A stretch of DNA of 64,000 nucleotides. It comes from Eledone cirrhosa (taxonomy: Eukaryota). This document shows positions 13,140-46,397 of the stretch, piece by piece. The stretch is taken from assembly GCA_964016885.1 (NCBI GenBank), contig OZ024745.1:12896001-12960000 (forward strand). The letters run 5' to 3'. The notes under the pieces are model-generated. The model was not told where the DNA came from. It worked only from the letters and a program-made list of their open reading frames with translations, and did not search any database. Position 1 is the first letter of the stretch. The number at the start of each line of letters is the position of its first letter. Position numbers and translations under genes: made by a program.

Positions 13140-13805
13140 AATACATACATGGTGGCTGCCAACTCGTTTTCGAGTACGGCCACTACTTTATATCCATGTA
13201 GGAGAACCCCTACCGATGCGCTGAACGAGTGTGACTTTTTAGTCCAGCCAGCGACTTGAAAACTCTGGTACAAACACTACACTTGTGACAATTATTGACA
13301 CATAGAGCTAGGCCCATGGTACCATGTGACGACAAGTTCAGAGAGATCTCCAGATATAAAGCAATGCCTGTGCCGTGAAGCTTTTATAGTGAACAAAGGC
13401 ACTGCACAAAGCCAGTCCCACTCTCTTAACCAAGATGATATTTACCAAAAAGAAGAACACGTCAACATCATTGGATACTATCAGGGTTGCAGGTGTTATA
13501 TCAGAGTTTTCCTTCTCTTAGAATTCTGCCTTGACAAAGGCTAAGGGGTCATCTCTCCCGGTGATTTAGGATGGCCATTGACTCTTAAGAGCTTCTTTTC
13601 CCTTTGACAGGTTTTGTTTTTAGTCCTGCAGGATGTCCAAAGTCACCCTCCTCACCAAGAAACCTTGGTAGGGTTGCCAGTTTAGTCGCCAACAACCCTA
13701 CCATAAGACAGGTTGTACTGGGATACATGTTACCAGTAACAACCCAACCATAAGACAGGTTGTACTGGGATACATGTTACCAGTAGCACCAACTGGTGAC
13801 CTGAC
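13140..13805 (-). mobile_element. Internally deleted (bipartite) RTE LINE: putative 5'UTR fused to C-terminal C2H2 finger and 3' end, inside (ATAC)n (copy at ~30147-30812)
   Basis: The minus strand at ~13210-13290 encodes [23 protein letters not shown] and is followed by a short 3'UTR and an (ATGT)n tail. The upstream part is non-coding and resembles RTE 5'UTRs. Confidence 0.6.
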
Positions 13806-13830
13806 ATACATACATACATACATACATACA

Positions 13831-13861
<31 letters not shown>

Positions 13862-13880
13862 GTGTGTGTGTATATGTATG

Positions 13881-13964
<84 letters not shown>

Positions 13965-13965
<1 letters not shown>

Positions 13966-14130
13966 CTCTACGGTTCTTATATATTTGATATATATTTATC
14001 CTTGCTATTCTGAGTTCAAATCCCGCAAAGGTTAACTTTGCCTTTCATCCTTACGGGGTCGATAAAATAAAGTACCAGTAATGTACTCGGTAATTGCTGG
14101 TCTTGTGCCAAAAGTAGAAACAATTATTAT
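13965..14130 (+). mobile_element. tRNA-derived SINE, 5'-degraded (copy at ~30975-31140)
   Basis: B-box GAGTTCAAATCC followed by the same body as 62647-62834. Confidence 0.75.
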
Positions 14131-14149
14131 ATATATATATATAATAATA

Positions 14150-14195
<46 letters not shown>

Positions 14196-15074
14196 CACAC
14201 ACACTCACACACAAATAACATACATACACATATGTATGTATATTATTGAACCCTGAACGTTTCTTATCTTTTTTAAGTAATACATACATATATTATATAT
14301 ATGTATATATACACACACACACATAAGTGGTGAAACATACCACACCCAGAACATTTCAAGGCTTCCTATCTTTTTAAAGTAATATATACCTATATATATA
14401 TTATTTCAGAGTAAAAAACAATTTATTCAAATTAATTTATAATTTCCATACCTGGCGGGACTCAGGAAATAGTGAAATATTTTTTTGCAAATTTCAGTTA
14501 AGTGAAAGAAATATTTTGTTTATATAAATATATATGTATATACATAATAAAGTAAAAGGTCTGTACAAGTTTTTGTTTTCTCAGCGAAATAGTTTACTTT
14601 TCTAACGAAACAAATTTCAGTTTTCGAAAGTTAAACAACGCCATTACAACCAGCCAACGTTTTGTTACTATGTTAGTTGCATTCCAACCAGTCTAACGCT
14701 TTGTGTTGTTGCTATTATCAACGATCTTTCTTAGTTAAAATAAACGGTTTAAAATATATAGAAGACATTTTATTTCTTATATCACTTTTTACTTCTGGAA
14801 TTAGTCTTACTATTCGAGCGGAGAATTACTTCAAATTCTGTTCAACATCTCAGCTTCTATTCTTCGGTTTCTTGGGACTGTTTTTCAATCAAACCTACCC
14901 CAAGTCTCACACACACACATATATAAAATCCAAAGCGGGCTCGATAAGGATAAATATTAAGAACCCTAGAGCAAATATTTATATATAAAAGCAGATTAAA
15001 GTTTTGTCATACCGGTAACCGGATAGTACTTACTACCCGTCATATTTATAGTTGTATTAAACAGATATAAATAA

Positions 15075-15125
<51 letters not shown>

Positions 15126-16468
15126 ATCGTTGCTTTCACCCTTTGTTATTTTAATAAATATATTTTTCAATGACAAATATAACAAACTAGTGAATATCAT
15201 AAACATGCATTTATTCATCAATATACACAAAAGATTTTCGTAACATTATTCATTCCATTAACAAACATTTTGCTGCTGAATTAGAATCATTCATTCTTTA
15301 CAGAATCTGAAAGAAAAAAAAATGAGTTGTATTTTTCATCTGGACATCGGCAGATATGAGCTAGAAAAAATCTATTTCCAACACATATTCACCGATGTCT
15401 AGATTAATAATATGTGTGTATGTATGCATGTGTGTGCGTTTCGTATCGAAGGCCTTCACTCCCGAGGGGAGCCATTGTGTATTGGTGTTCACCATTCTTC
15501 TCCAGTTTTCGAATTTTTTTGGTATCGAGAGTAAATCTCTTGTCTTCTCGGAAGCCCCAGGTTTCCCTGCCCTGGAAGAGCCTGGTCAAGAGTTCATACA
15601 GCGCGTGCGGCTGTACCGTACACCTTGCAACTAGGTTACAGGGGGTGTTTAAGAACCCAAGACTACCTGGTAAACGTCGAAAACAAGGTGAAGATGACTG
15701 CTACTTCACACTAGTCTTCAAGACGGACTCAACTACAAACCATATCGGGTTACCCGTGGCAGTAGACTGATTAATTATTTCAAATCACATCTATTTATAA
15801 CCTTCTATAGATGTTATAAGCATTATGACGTCATAATGACAATATGGAGGAATTTTAAATGTTAAGTTTTCAATTTTTTTTCTTCTTCTTTTTTTGCAAA
15901 AAAACAAAATATTTATTTATGAATAACTAATCCCCCCCATCCCCTCCTCATTCTTCTTTGACACTAGGGTCCTTCCCATTCCCCACCCCCTTTCCGTATT
16001 TTCTCTCGTTTTTTCTTAATATTTTCCTATTTTACATTGCATTAATAAAGGAAAGAGCAATAAATAAATAAATAAATAAATAAAAGGGAAAGAAAAAGGC
16101 TATGTGGTGAGGATGAAACCCTGTACGTATTGCCGGGTGGCATATCTCAGCTGTGTCTAGCAGACAAGATGGCGAGAATATTGCCACAATGAACAATTGA
16201 GGATACCCATCAGTCCTTTTAACTGGAGGACTCCTTTCTCAGCTTTTGATGCTTTCGTCCCGATTTGACAGACGAAAACAACATTCCGGGTATTAACAGA
16301 CAAAATGTTTAAACGTCGACTGACAAAAAAAGGAATCAGTCAATTTATGTCTTGTATTTGTTCATTTTCCACTCCCTTACATTGTAAGAGTTAGATTTGA
16401 CAAAATTTCAGATTTAAATCAGGGGTTTGGAATTCAAGGATTCAAAGGTCCATTACGCCCTGAGGAAG

Positions 16469-16546
<78 letters not shown>

Positions 16547-17468
16547 CAGCTCACATCTATGCATGTTTAGCTGGCCTCCTCCAAGGTATATCTCGTTGGA
16601 GGTGTCTTGGGTAATTTAATGATAGTGACCCCAGTCCTATCATCTCATTTCTACAGCTGAATAAACTGGAGCAACGTGAAAAAAAGTGTCTTGCTCAAGG
16701 AAACAACACATCACCCGGTCCGAGAATTGAAGCATGGCGTCCGACCTCTACCGATACAGCAAATTTCCACCATTAATAATGATAATCTACAATACAGCTG
16801 AAAATCCCCCGGAACAGACGAGTGACTGGTTAGTTCGTTATCATCGACACCGAGATCGCCCCACCCTCGAGAACGTCGTCGTACTTGTGCACCACCAATC
16901 CTCTATAGAACTCTAATGTAGGATGTCCATTGACCGCAATGCCCAATTAGTAGACGGCTGTGTGCGCCTGACAAAATTCCTGATAGCAGGCACCCAATCT
17001 TGGTCTTTGCTTGATCTACGATTGCATCTCAGTGAAAGAGACAAGCTAGGGAAATAGGTGCTTTACATACGACGACCACACCTGTTAACCGGTCAGGCGG
17101 TAGGTAGTAGGTGACAGATGCGATGTACGTATTCGCCATCTGTGGCCGACCTTTCAGAGATAGCTTTCTCACGGCCCAATTTTGGATGCGAGTGGTCACT
17201 CTGCTTGTTACCTCCAAGTTTCTATTCATTTGGAGGTCTGGATCAAACTAGACCCCGAACAATTTAACCGGCCCACCAGTCCATCGCCTGACGACGCTGT
17301 TGGAATGTATAGATTCGTTTCTCCAGGTAATGAGTCGCAGGCACCGATTTTCCCTAGTGCAATTTCATCCCTGTTAACGTTTCATATACCCTGAGAGCGT
17401 TGCTCATCACCTCACTGTAGTTGGTGTTCGACACCACTTTGTTGACGTCGTAGGTATATGCTGACACG

Positions 17469-34728
<17,260 letters not shown>

Positions 34729-35744
34729 GAGCTCCCACAACTTAGTTCCCACAAGCTGCCTCTCAACGTCTCCAGTGTGTACAGTAGTGGTTCGAGAGCC
34801 AGCACATACAACAGGGACGAAAGGCAACAAACTTGGCGGACTAAGCGCATGATATTGAGCTCTGACCTCAGAGTAAATGTTGCTGTGCATATACGATATA
34901 TCTCGTTCAGCCTCTCTCTGGCTCTCTTTCCCTCTCTCACTATATATAGTCATTACGACAGCGGAGGTCCGACGAGCTTTTGATTCCAGAGTCTGGCCAA
35001 ATCGATACAGATCGAACCTTGAGCTGATCAATAGCGAATTAATATAAATATGTATATAGTTTAATTATATACTGGTGGTGTTAGACATGGCCTGGGCCAA
35101 TACTGGCCGAAACCTATCAAAGTTATTAAAGTTATCAAAATTATATTTATTTATGCATAACAGTTTTTATTAGGAATTCGAATATAAATTCAATTTAGTT
35201 ATAAATGAAAACATATTCTGCTAATTTTTGCGAACATAGAAAAAAAATGAAGCAAAACAAAAGAAAAAGAAAACAAAGATTGCTTTGGTTTGTAACACAT
35301 CTAATAGGATCTGGTAAATCGATGGAAAATTGGCTGCTATTTCTAGCAAATAGAGCCACTACCCAAAGTGATGGTCATGAGCCCGCAGAGACTATCTTAT
35401 CTATATGCATACAATCAATGACATTCATGTGTTTATATGGGTATCTGAGACTACATTGTTTAATGTGTGTCCTTCGTTGTTTGAAAACATAGCAGGAGGT
35501 AAATTTGGCTGCTACTTTTAGCAAAACCATAAACATTCATGTCAGCAAAAAACAAAAAAAAAAAAACTTCTTTTTCAAGGGATGAATATTTTCAGAAAAA
35601 TTAGAAAACCTTTTCGGAGAATGCTAATTACTTGCCGTCGCTAATTTACCAACTGATTCTATTTTATTGCATTTTTTATGTAAAATCTTTGAAGTTTTAG
35701 TTTTATCATTGTTGCTGGGGGTTGTTTAAGACTACACCCCTATA

Positions 35745-35760
<16 letters not shown>
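34729..35760. repeat. Partial third period of the tandem duplication
   Basis: Matches 1 to ~1280, with a deletion equivalent to ~311-534 and more substitutions. Close identity ends in the (TA)n at ~35745. Confidence 0.9.
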
Positions 35761-35800
<40 letters not shown>

Positions 35801-35880
35801 AAGGCGGGTAAAATTCCCGAGATCCATGGACGAGTTCTCTCCAGCGGTCTCTGTCCCTCATTATCGCTGCCATGTCCTGC

Positions 35881-36530
35881 TAATTCTGGACTAAATGAAA
35901 ATTTTTATCCTGGTATATGAATAGCCGAGCTTCTCAGGGGGTAATTCCATATATGGTAAAAGTGATTGTCACAAGGATTTGTCAAAAGTTTGTTGTTGAG
36001 ACACATAATTCTATCATGGCAATTTGTGGAAGGAAGGAGTAACTGAACCTGCCAGTAGAAGAAAGAGGAAGAGGGGGTGGAGGAAACCCAGTCGTGCGTT
36101 GATAGTGCCAACTACAGCAGGGCAGGAGGTCAAGCAAGTATACTAGGGAAGGGGAGGGGGAGGAAGTCGCAACAATAACTAAATCAATATGGAGTAAATA
36201 TATAGAAGAATACCAAGAATGTTAAAAATATAAAAAAACAATTTCTGGTTACTATTCCCTAACGACAGTCATCAAGTCTCTCACTGGTACTGCTAAACTA
36301 TAGAAACGTTTACTAGGTGGGACGGAATTGTTATGAGACCATTTTAAGAGTTAGTAGTAATCAACCGAGTATATCTTACGGTGACAGGTCAACAAGTGTG
36401 GGGGAGGGGGGGGGCAAAATACTAAAGAAACTACCACGAAATAATAATTCAGAGTCCCGAAACTAATACGAAATAATTGTTTCTTACCCTAGGCACAAGG
36501 CCAGCAACCACCCAGTGCAAAAAATAAACT
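35881..36530 (-). mobile_element. Diverged paralogue of the family A element, truncated inside the hammerhead by an RTE fragment
   Basis: Collinear similarity to ~1330-1950 with many substitutions. The core reads CCCC-CTGAGAAG on the minus strand. Confidence 0.7.
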
Positions 36531-36739
36531 AATACGAAATAATAATTCAGAATCCCGAAAATGAATACGAATACTATCTCTAAGGGTGCCGCTACGATAC
36601 AAAAATTCTAGTGCAAACTACATAAATGCTCGTACGAGGTATATGAAAAATTTGATACGGAAAATGAATACGATATATATATATATGTCTCTCCACCACT
36701 CCCCTACACACCTTTTGAACTCTGTTCCCACACACTTCT

Positions 36740-36775
36740 CACCTGAGGAAGGGCTTATGCCCGAAACGTCGTCCC
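36740..36775 (+). ncRNA. Minimal hammerhead motif (family B) in a short pLTR-like piece at ~36686-36857 between (TA)n tracts
   Basis: CTGAGGA-A-GGGC-TTAT-GCCC-GAAACGTC, with palindromic ACGT and only 2 bp of stem I. Confidence 0.6.
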
Positions 36776-36853
36776 CCACCTACCTCTCCTGAGCGTGAAT
36801 TTAATAAACATTTATTGTACTGCCTCTCTGTTCTGTCCCTGTTCAAATTTTTC

Positions 36854-37681
<828 letters not shown>

Positions 37682-37724
37682 ATATATGTATATATATATG
37701 TGTGTGTATATATATATATGTATA

Positions 37725-37805
<81 letters not shown>

Positions 37806-38970
37806 AATCGTTGCTTTCACCCTTTGTTATTTTAATAAATATATTTTTCAATGACAAGAAATTTGAAATGTAAGTATCCCAACGCAAATGACCGTAATAA
37901 CAGTCACTCACTATAATAGTTGAGAAAATCGAATAAAATACCGCCAGAGAGGGGGGGAAAGGGCCATGATACCACTGAGGAAGTCAACATATCAAACATA
38001 TCGGTAATTCATCTGAGGATACCGTCCTCATAATCAACAGCAAATGCATGAAGGACATCTCGATTGCATGGAGAACCGTGGAAATAATTATTATGATTAA
38101 ACGATATATGTAGCCTCAGCATCTTATTTTGTTATTTATATATATGTTGATAAGTAGAAGAGAAGACAATACTCTGATTCCATCGGGGAAATAGCCATGT
38201 TCGATATGTAGGAAAGGAACTGGCATAAATTCCATAAAATGTACGCAATGCAGATCTTGGGTACACAAGATATGTAGTGGGATAGCAGGCAAACTAACAG
38301 GTAGGGAAAACTACGTATGCAGCAGATGTACAGGGAAAGTTGACTAGTAATCGCAGTGATAGACACATTTTTCCAATGCATGTGGGTTCTATAGAAGTGG
38401 TTGATAGCCTCCGGTACCTAGGAGGTGGTGAGAGCAGACCATGTGATCGCTGAAACTCACTGAGGAGATGACGAAGGACCGTGACAAGTGGAGAGTTGCT
38501 GTGCTGAATAGGACCCGTCCAACCCTTGCAAGCAGGGAAGAGCGGACGTAAAATGATGATGATGATAGCGAGAGACTCCTAGTCTTCACTAAGTCATCTC
38601 TCTAGGAGAAGGTCACTCTGACATAAAACCTGCGACATCGTTTGCATCCAATGATATAGACCAGTTCTTTTTGGGCAAATGCATTCGATGTTCAGAGAGT
38701 GAGATAGGCCCCATGCAAAGCCTTCCCTCACTTAAAAAAGCTTCAAGCAAAGGCATCGGTTGATATGTGGCATTTTTTGCGATGCCTGGTATTGCTGGCT
38801 ATAGGTAAGTCGCTAGCATGACTAAAAGACCACGCTCGTGATGCTCATACTTAAATATCAAGCGATGGTATTACTCGAAATCAAGTTGCAGCCATCATCA
38901 TGTATGTATGTATAATTCATGCTGGAATCGTAGAGTCTAAGCACAGCCGATTTCTTCCAGAGAGAGAGAT

Positions 38971-39048
<78 letters not shown>

Positions 39049-39204
39049 ATTTTCTGTCAACCCCGAAAGAGTAAAAAGCAAAGATGAAGTAGGCTGGATT
39101 TGAACGTAGAGGGCAGAATATAGGAACGAATACCGCGACGTAACGATCTTGTCGATTCGCTGTTTATTTAGATACGTAGTTGACTCTATATGTTTGTAAG
39201 GCAC

Positions 39205-42200
39205 AAGGCTTCCAGGGAAGTAACTCTTAGCTTTATAATGCTATACCATGAAATGTTAAAACATTTATTGAAGAGTGGTTTCCCTTGGAAGTCAACGCCT
39301 GTGATATGAATGACGCTATTCTAACCAGTAACACCACTACCACCATCATCACAACCATAGCTACCACAAACACAACTACCACCACCACCACCACACACCT
39401 CCACAATAACAACAACCACTGTGTCAAGCACCACAATAAATACCACAACAAATAGCATCCCCATATACACACCATCACCACCACAACTAACGTCATCACC
39501 ATAGCAACAACTTCCACCACTAAACACCACTGTGTCAACCACCACAATAACCATCACAACGATCATCATCCCCATCACACACATACATCACTACCACCAT
39601 CGCAACTACAACTACAACCGCCACCACCAACCACTACCACAGCCTCTACCATATCGACAGCACCCCCACTACCACCATCACAACAGTCAGCACCATCACC
39701 ATCACTAACACTATCATAACGACCACTACCCCAACCACTACCTGCACCACCACCACCACCACTACCACCACAGCCACTACCACAACAATCAGCACTACCA
39801 CCACAACCACTACCACAACAATCAGCACTACCACCATTACTACCATTACAACCATCAGCACTACCACCACCACCACCACCACAATTACCATACCACCACA
39901 ACCACTACCATAACAATCAGCACTACCACCATTACTACCATCACAACCATCAGCACCAGCACCACCACAACCACCACTACCACCACAACCACTACCACAA
40001 CAGTCAGCACTACCACCATTACTACCATCACAACCATCAGCACCACCACAACCACCACTACCACCACAACCACTACCACAACATTGAGCACTACCACCAT
40101 TACTACCATCACAACCATCAGCACCACCACCACCATCACCATCACCACTACCACCACAACCACTACCACAACAATCAGCACTACCACCATTACTACCATC
40201 ACAACCATCAGCACCACCACCACCACCAGCACCACCACCATCACTACCACCACAGCCACTACCACAACAATCAGCACTACCACCACAACCACTACCACAA
40301 CTATCAGCACTACCACCATTACTACCAACACAATCATCAGCACCAGCACCAGCACCACCACCACTACCACCACAATCACTACCACAACAATCAGCACTAC
40401 CACCATTACTACCATCACAACCATCAGCACCAGCACCACCACCACAACCACTACCACCACAACCACTACCACAACAATCAGCACTACCACCATTACTACC
40501 ATCACAACCATCAGCACCAGCACCACCACTATCACCACTACCACCACAACCACTACCACAACTATCAGCACTACCACCATTACTACCAACACAACCATCA
40601 GCACCACCACCACTACCACCACCACCACTACCACCACAACCACTACCACAACAATCAGCACTACCACCATTACTACCATCACAACCATCAGCACCACCAC
40701 CACTACCACCACAACCACTACCACAACAATCAACACTATCATCATTACTACCGTCACAACAAACAGAGCACCACCACCATCACTACCAGGACCAGTACCA
40801 CCTCCACCACCACCATCAACACCACCAACACTACCAGTAACACAACCATCACCACCAGTACCACCAGTACCACCACCACCACCAGTACTACCATCACCAC
40901 CAACACCACGACCACCACCACCACCACCAGTTCCACCACCACCACACCAGTACTACAAATACCACCATCATCACCACCAGTACCCCACCACCACCACCAG
41001 TACTACCACCACCACCAGTACCAACGCCACCACCACCACCACCAATACCACCACCACCACCATCACCACCACCACCTCCACCAACAATACCACCACCACC
41101 ACCAGTACCACAACCACCACCATCACCACCACCACCAGTACTACCCCCCCCCTCCCTACTAACCCCCATATCTCCACCATCACCCCCACATCCAGTACCA
41201 TCACAACCACCACCACCACCACCGCAACCACCACCACCAGTACCACCACCACCATCAACACCACCACCACCACCACCACAACCACCACCACCAGTACCAC
41301 CACCACCAGTACCACCACCACCATCAACACCACCACCACCACCACCACAACCACCACCACCAGTACCACCACCACCAGTACCACCACCACCATCAACACC
41401 ACCACCACCACAACCACCACCACCAGTACCACCACCACCAGTACCACCACCACCATCAACACCACCACCACCACCACCAATACCACCAACACCACCATCA
41501 CCAGTACAAAGACCCCCACCAGTACCCCCACCCCCACCATCACCACACCACCCGTACCTCACCACCACCGCCAACACCAATACCACCAACACCACCACCA
41601 GTACCCCCCCCCCCCCACCATCACCACCATCACCAGTACCACCACAATCACCATCACCACTATCACAACCACCATCACCACCATCACCAGTACCACCACC
41701 ACGACCACCACCACTACCAGTACCACCACCACCACCACCAGTACTACCACCACCACTAGTACTACCATCACCACCAGTACCACCAGTACCACCACCAGTA
41801 CTACCATCACCACCACCACCACCACCATCACCAGTACCACCACCACCACCACCAGTACCACTATCACCACCACCACCATTACCAGTACCACCACCACCAC
41901 CACCACCAGTACTACCACCACCACCATCATCACCACCAGTTCCACCACCACCACCAATACTACCACCACCACCAGTACCACAACTACCACCAATACCACC
42001 ACCACCACCACCACCACCACCACCACCACCACACAAGTACCACCACCACCACCATCACCACCACCACCTCCACCTCCACCACCACCACCAGTACCAATAC
42101 TACCACCACCACCATCATCACCACCAGTTCCACCACCACCACCAATACTACCACCACCACCACATCCACAACTACCACCAATACCACCACCACCACTACC

Positions 42201-45200
42201 ACCACCACCATCACCACCATCACCACCACCACCACCACCACCACCACCACCACCACCACCACCTGTACCAACAACAACAACAACACCATCTCCCGTCATT
42301 GTGATGAAATAGAAACCAGAGCTTAATCAAATTACTAACGTTTAAAAAAGAAACTTGATGTCCATAATTGGAATACTCCCCCCCCCCCCCTACGGTTGTG
42401 TCTGATGAAGGCTGCTGGTTAGACAACAACAACAGCCACGGTAATATCACTAGTAGCAACCACAGCAACTATTATCATCCGCTAAGTTAATAGCAAACTT
42501 GATCTCCTCATCATCATTAACCACCTCCCCTTCCGCCTCCCCTGCCCCTCCTTCTCCTCCTCCTCCTCCTCCTCCTTCTACTACTACTACTACTACTACT
42601 ACTACTAGATATAAGCGGATGCCTCTATGTCCTCGCAAGACTTGCTAGAAACAACTGTCAAATCCCATCAACTCCCACAGTGTAGTTCGAAACATCTCTA
42701 AAAAAAATCATTAATAAATCATGAGGCAACTTCGATAACAAGAACTGGTTTTCAGTTACAATGATCAACCACTGCTCACCTCAACATTGGGAGACCCCGG
42801 CATGTTGAAAAGCCCTCACACCTGATTCTAAAGAGCTCTTTGTCGTTTGTATGAAGATAGACCAAAAACTCCAAAGGTATTATATGTAAATTAAACACCC
42901 AGTCAATTTGAGGCTTCCAGGGAGGTAACTCTTGGCTTCATAATGCTATACCATGAAATGTTAAAACATTTATTGAAGAGTGGTTTCCCTTGGAAGTCAA
43001 CGCCTGTGATATGAATGACGCTATTCTAACCAGTAACACCACTACCACCATCATCACAACCATAGCTACCACAAACACAACTACCACAACCACCACCACA
43101 CACCTCTACAATAACAACAACCACTGTGTCAAGCACCACAATAAATACCACAACAAATATCATCCCCATATACACACCATCACCACCACAACTAACGTCA
43201 TCACCATAGCAACAACTTCCACCACTAAACACCACTGTGTCAACCACCACAATAACCATCACAACGATCATCATCCCCATCACACAAGAACATCGCTACC
43301 ACCATCGCAACTACAACTACAACCGCCACCACCAACCACTACCACAGCCTCTACCATATCGACAGCACCCCCACTACCACCATCACAACAGTCAGCACCA
43401 TCACCATCACTAACACTATCATAACGACCACTACCCCAACCACTACCTGCACCACCACCACCACCACTACCACCACAGCCACTACCACAACAATCAGCAC
43501 TACCACCACAACCACTACCACAGCAATCAGCACTACCACAATAACTACCATCACAACCATCAGCACCAGCACCACCACCACTACCACCACAACCACTACC
43601 ACAACATTGAGCACTACCACCATTACTACCATCAGAACCATAAGCACTACCACCACCACCACTACCACCACAACCACTACCACAACAATCAGCACTACCA
43701 CCATTACTACCATTACAATCATCAGCAGCAGCACCACCACCACCACTACCACCACCACCACTACCACCACCACCACTACCACCACCACCACTACCACAAC
43801 AATCAGCACTACCACCATTACTACCATCACAACCATCAGCACCACCACCACCACCACTAACACCACCACCACCACCACCACCACTACCACCACAACCACT
43901 ACCACAACAACGAGCACTACCACCACCACCACCACCACCACCTCTACCACCACCACTACCACCACCACCACTACCACCACAACCACTAGCACAACAACGA
44001 GCACTACCACCATTACTACCATCAGAACCATCAGCACTACCAGCACTACCACCACCACCACTACCACCACAATCACTACCACAACAATCAGCACTACCAC
44101 CATTACTAACATCACAACCATCAGCACCCCCACCACCACCACCACCACCACCATCAACACCACCACCACCAATACCACCAACACCATCACCACCAGTACA
44201 AACACCACTACCAGTACCCCCACCACCACCAGTACCACCACCACCACCACCACCACCGCCACCACCAGTACAACCAATACCACCATCACCAGTACCACCA
44301 CTACCACCAACATCACCACCACCACCAGTACCACCACCACCAATACCACTAACATCACCACCACCACCACCACCACCACCACCACCAGCACCACCACCAC
44401 CACTACCAGTACCACCATCACCACCACCACCACCACCACTACCAACATCACCACCACGACCATCAATAACACCACAATACCACCACCATCACCACAACCA
44501 CCACCACCACCACCACCACCACCATCACCACCACCACCACCACCACCACCACCACCACCACCACCACCACCACCACCACCACCAGCACCCCTCCTCCTCC
44601 TCATCCTCCTCCTTCTTCTTCTTCTACTACTACTACTACTACTATTAGATATAAGCGGATGCCTCTATGTTGTCGCACGACTTGCTAGAAACAACTGTCA
44701 AATCCCATCAACTCCCACAGTGTAGTTCGAAGCATCTCTAAAAAAATATCATTAATAAATCATGAGGCAACTTCGATAACAAGAACTGGTTTTCAGTTAC
44801 AATGATCAACCACTGCTCACCTCAACATTGGGAGACCCCGGCATGTTGAAAAGCCCTCACACCTGATTCTAAAGAGCTCTTTGTCGTTTGTATGAAGATA
44901 GACCAAAAACTCCAAAGGTATTATATGTAAATTAAACACACGTTCAATTTGAGGCTTCCAGGGAGGTAACTCTTGGCTTCATAATGCTATACCATGAAAT
45001 GTTAAAACATTTATTGAAGAGTGGTTTCCCTTGGAAGTCAACGCCTGTGCTATGAATGACGCTATTCTAACCAGTAACACCACAACCACCACTACCACCA
45101 CAACCACTACCACAACAATCAGCACTACCACCATAACTACCATCACAACCATCAGCCCCACCACCACCACTACCACCACAACCACTACCACAACAATCAG

Positions 45201-45510
45201 CACTACCACCATTACTACCATTACAAGCATCAGCACTACCACCACTACCAGCCCACCTCTACCACCACAACCACTACCACAACAATCAGCACTACCACCA
45301 TTACTACCATCACAACCACCAGTACCACCACCACCACTACCACCAACACCACCACCAGTACCACCACCGTCAGTACCACCACTACGACCACCACCCCCAC
45401 CACCACCACCACCAGTACCACCACAGCCACCACCATCATCACCACCACCAATACCACCACCACTACCTCCACCAGTACCACCAACACCACCACTAGTACC
45501 ACCACAATTA
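39205..45510. repeat. Triplicated compound repeat: unique ~120-bp head plus (ACC/ACT/ACA)n-derived minisatellite; units start at ~39205, ~42911 and ~44952
   Basis: The head aggcttccaggga...gacgctattctaaccagtaacac occurs three times, and the block ctagatataagcggatgcc...taaattaaacac occurs twice. Confidence 0.9.
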
Positions 45511-46163
45511 TAAATTAAACAATTAAAAAATTAACAATTAGAAATTAAAAAATTTTTCAAGTGAGAATCCGGTTTGAGGTGAGCAAAAAAATATATAGAC
45601 TGAAGTGAGTAAATAATATGGAGAGAGATGTTTAAGTAACAAGTTCTGAGAGCGGTTCTAATGTCACAGTTACACACTAATTGTTTAATTTATAATTTCT
45701 GATATTTGATTTAGGATTTTAATTTTTATTTCCAACTCTCACTCATAACTTCCAATGTAAAACCATGATACCTAGAATTAAGTTTATTTTCTTCTTAGCA
45801 GTTGATGGTCAGTCGTACTGTCCACGCTTGGTGAGAGGTAGTATTGTGACCTGTAAAAACTAACACTCTCCCATCCCCTCTGGCTTTAAGCTGTCTGCCA
45901 CAGTCGGGATGGGTAGCAGTAAACTATGGTACAGGCCTAAGTGGGTCATTGTTTGGCTGAGAGGGTGAAGTGACTAAGCGAATTTCGCTGAAATCTGCGG
46001 TAACTAATGGTCAACTCCCTTCGGACATGCGCCTGCGCAGACCGGTGGGGGTGAATTGGTACTCACAGGGGAACGAATGAAGAACTCAAAAGCACACACT
46101 TCGTCCGTTCCCATGTCGATTCAATTTGGATTGCCTCGGAAACATAACCTTATTATGTAACAA

Positions 46164-46237
46164 GCTGTCTGATGATGTCACGACACTCGAACACAGAACA
46201 GTGTGGCCAGTGTCGTAATTGAAATATATATCACCGC
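46164..46237 (+). ncRNA. Type I hammerhead (family D) upstream of a tail ending at the (TA)n at ~46361
   Basis: GCTGT-CTGATGA-tgtcACGACACT...AGTGTCGTaatt-GAAA-TATATA-TC-ACCGC. Confidence 0.65.
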
Positions 46238-46357
46238 ATTATTAAAGGACTTGAACATCTGAAACTACTTCGCTTTTCCTTATTCGATATTTACTCCGTC
46301 ACTCCTATGTGGAAAAAGTACGTTGAGTGCTTGAATTGAATTGCATCAATGTTTACC

Positions 46358-46397
<40 letters not shown>

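Noticed and set aside
42394-42461. CTGATGA-a-GGCTG...CAGCC motif
   Set aside because: GAAA is absent; possibly a dead hammerhead but not supportable.
39575-45513. Long poly-Thr/Val/Gly ORFs as mucin or glycine-rich genes
   Set aside because: (ACC)n-type repeats lack stops in several frames on both strands. The frames drift, and there is no convincing start or splice structure.
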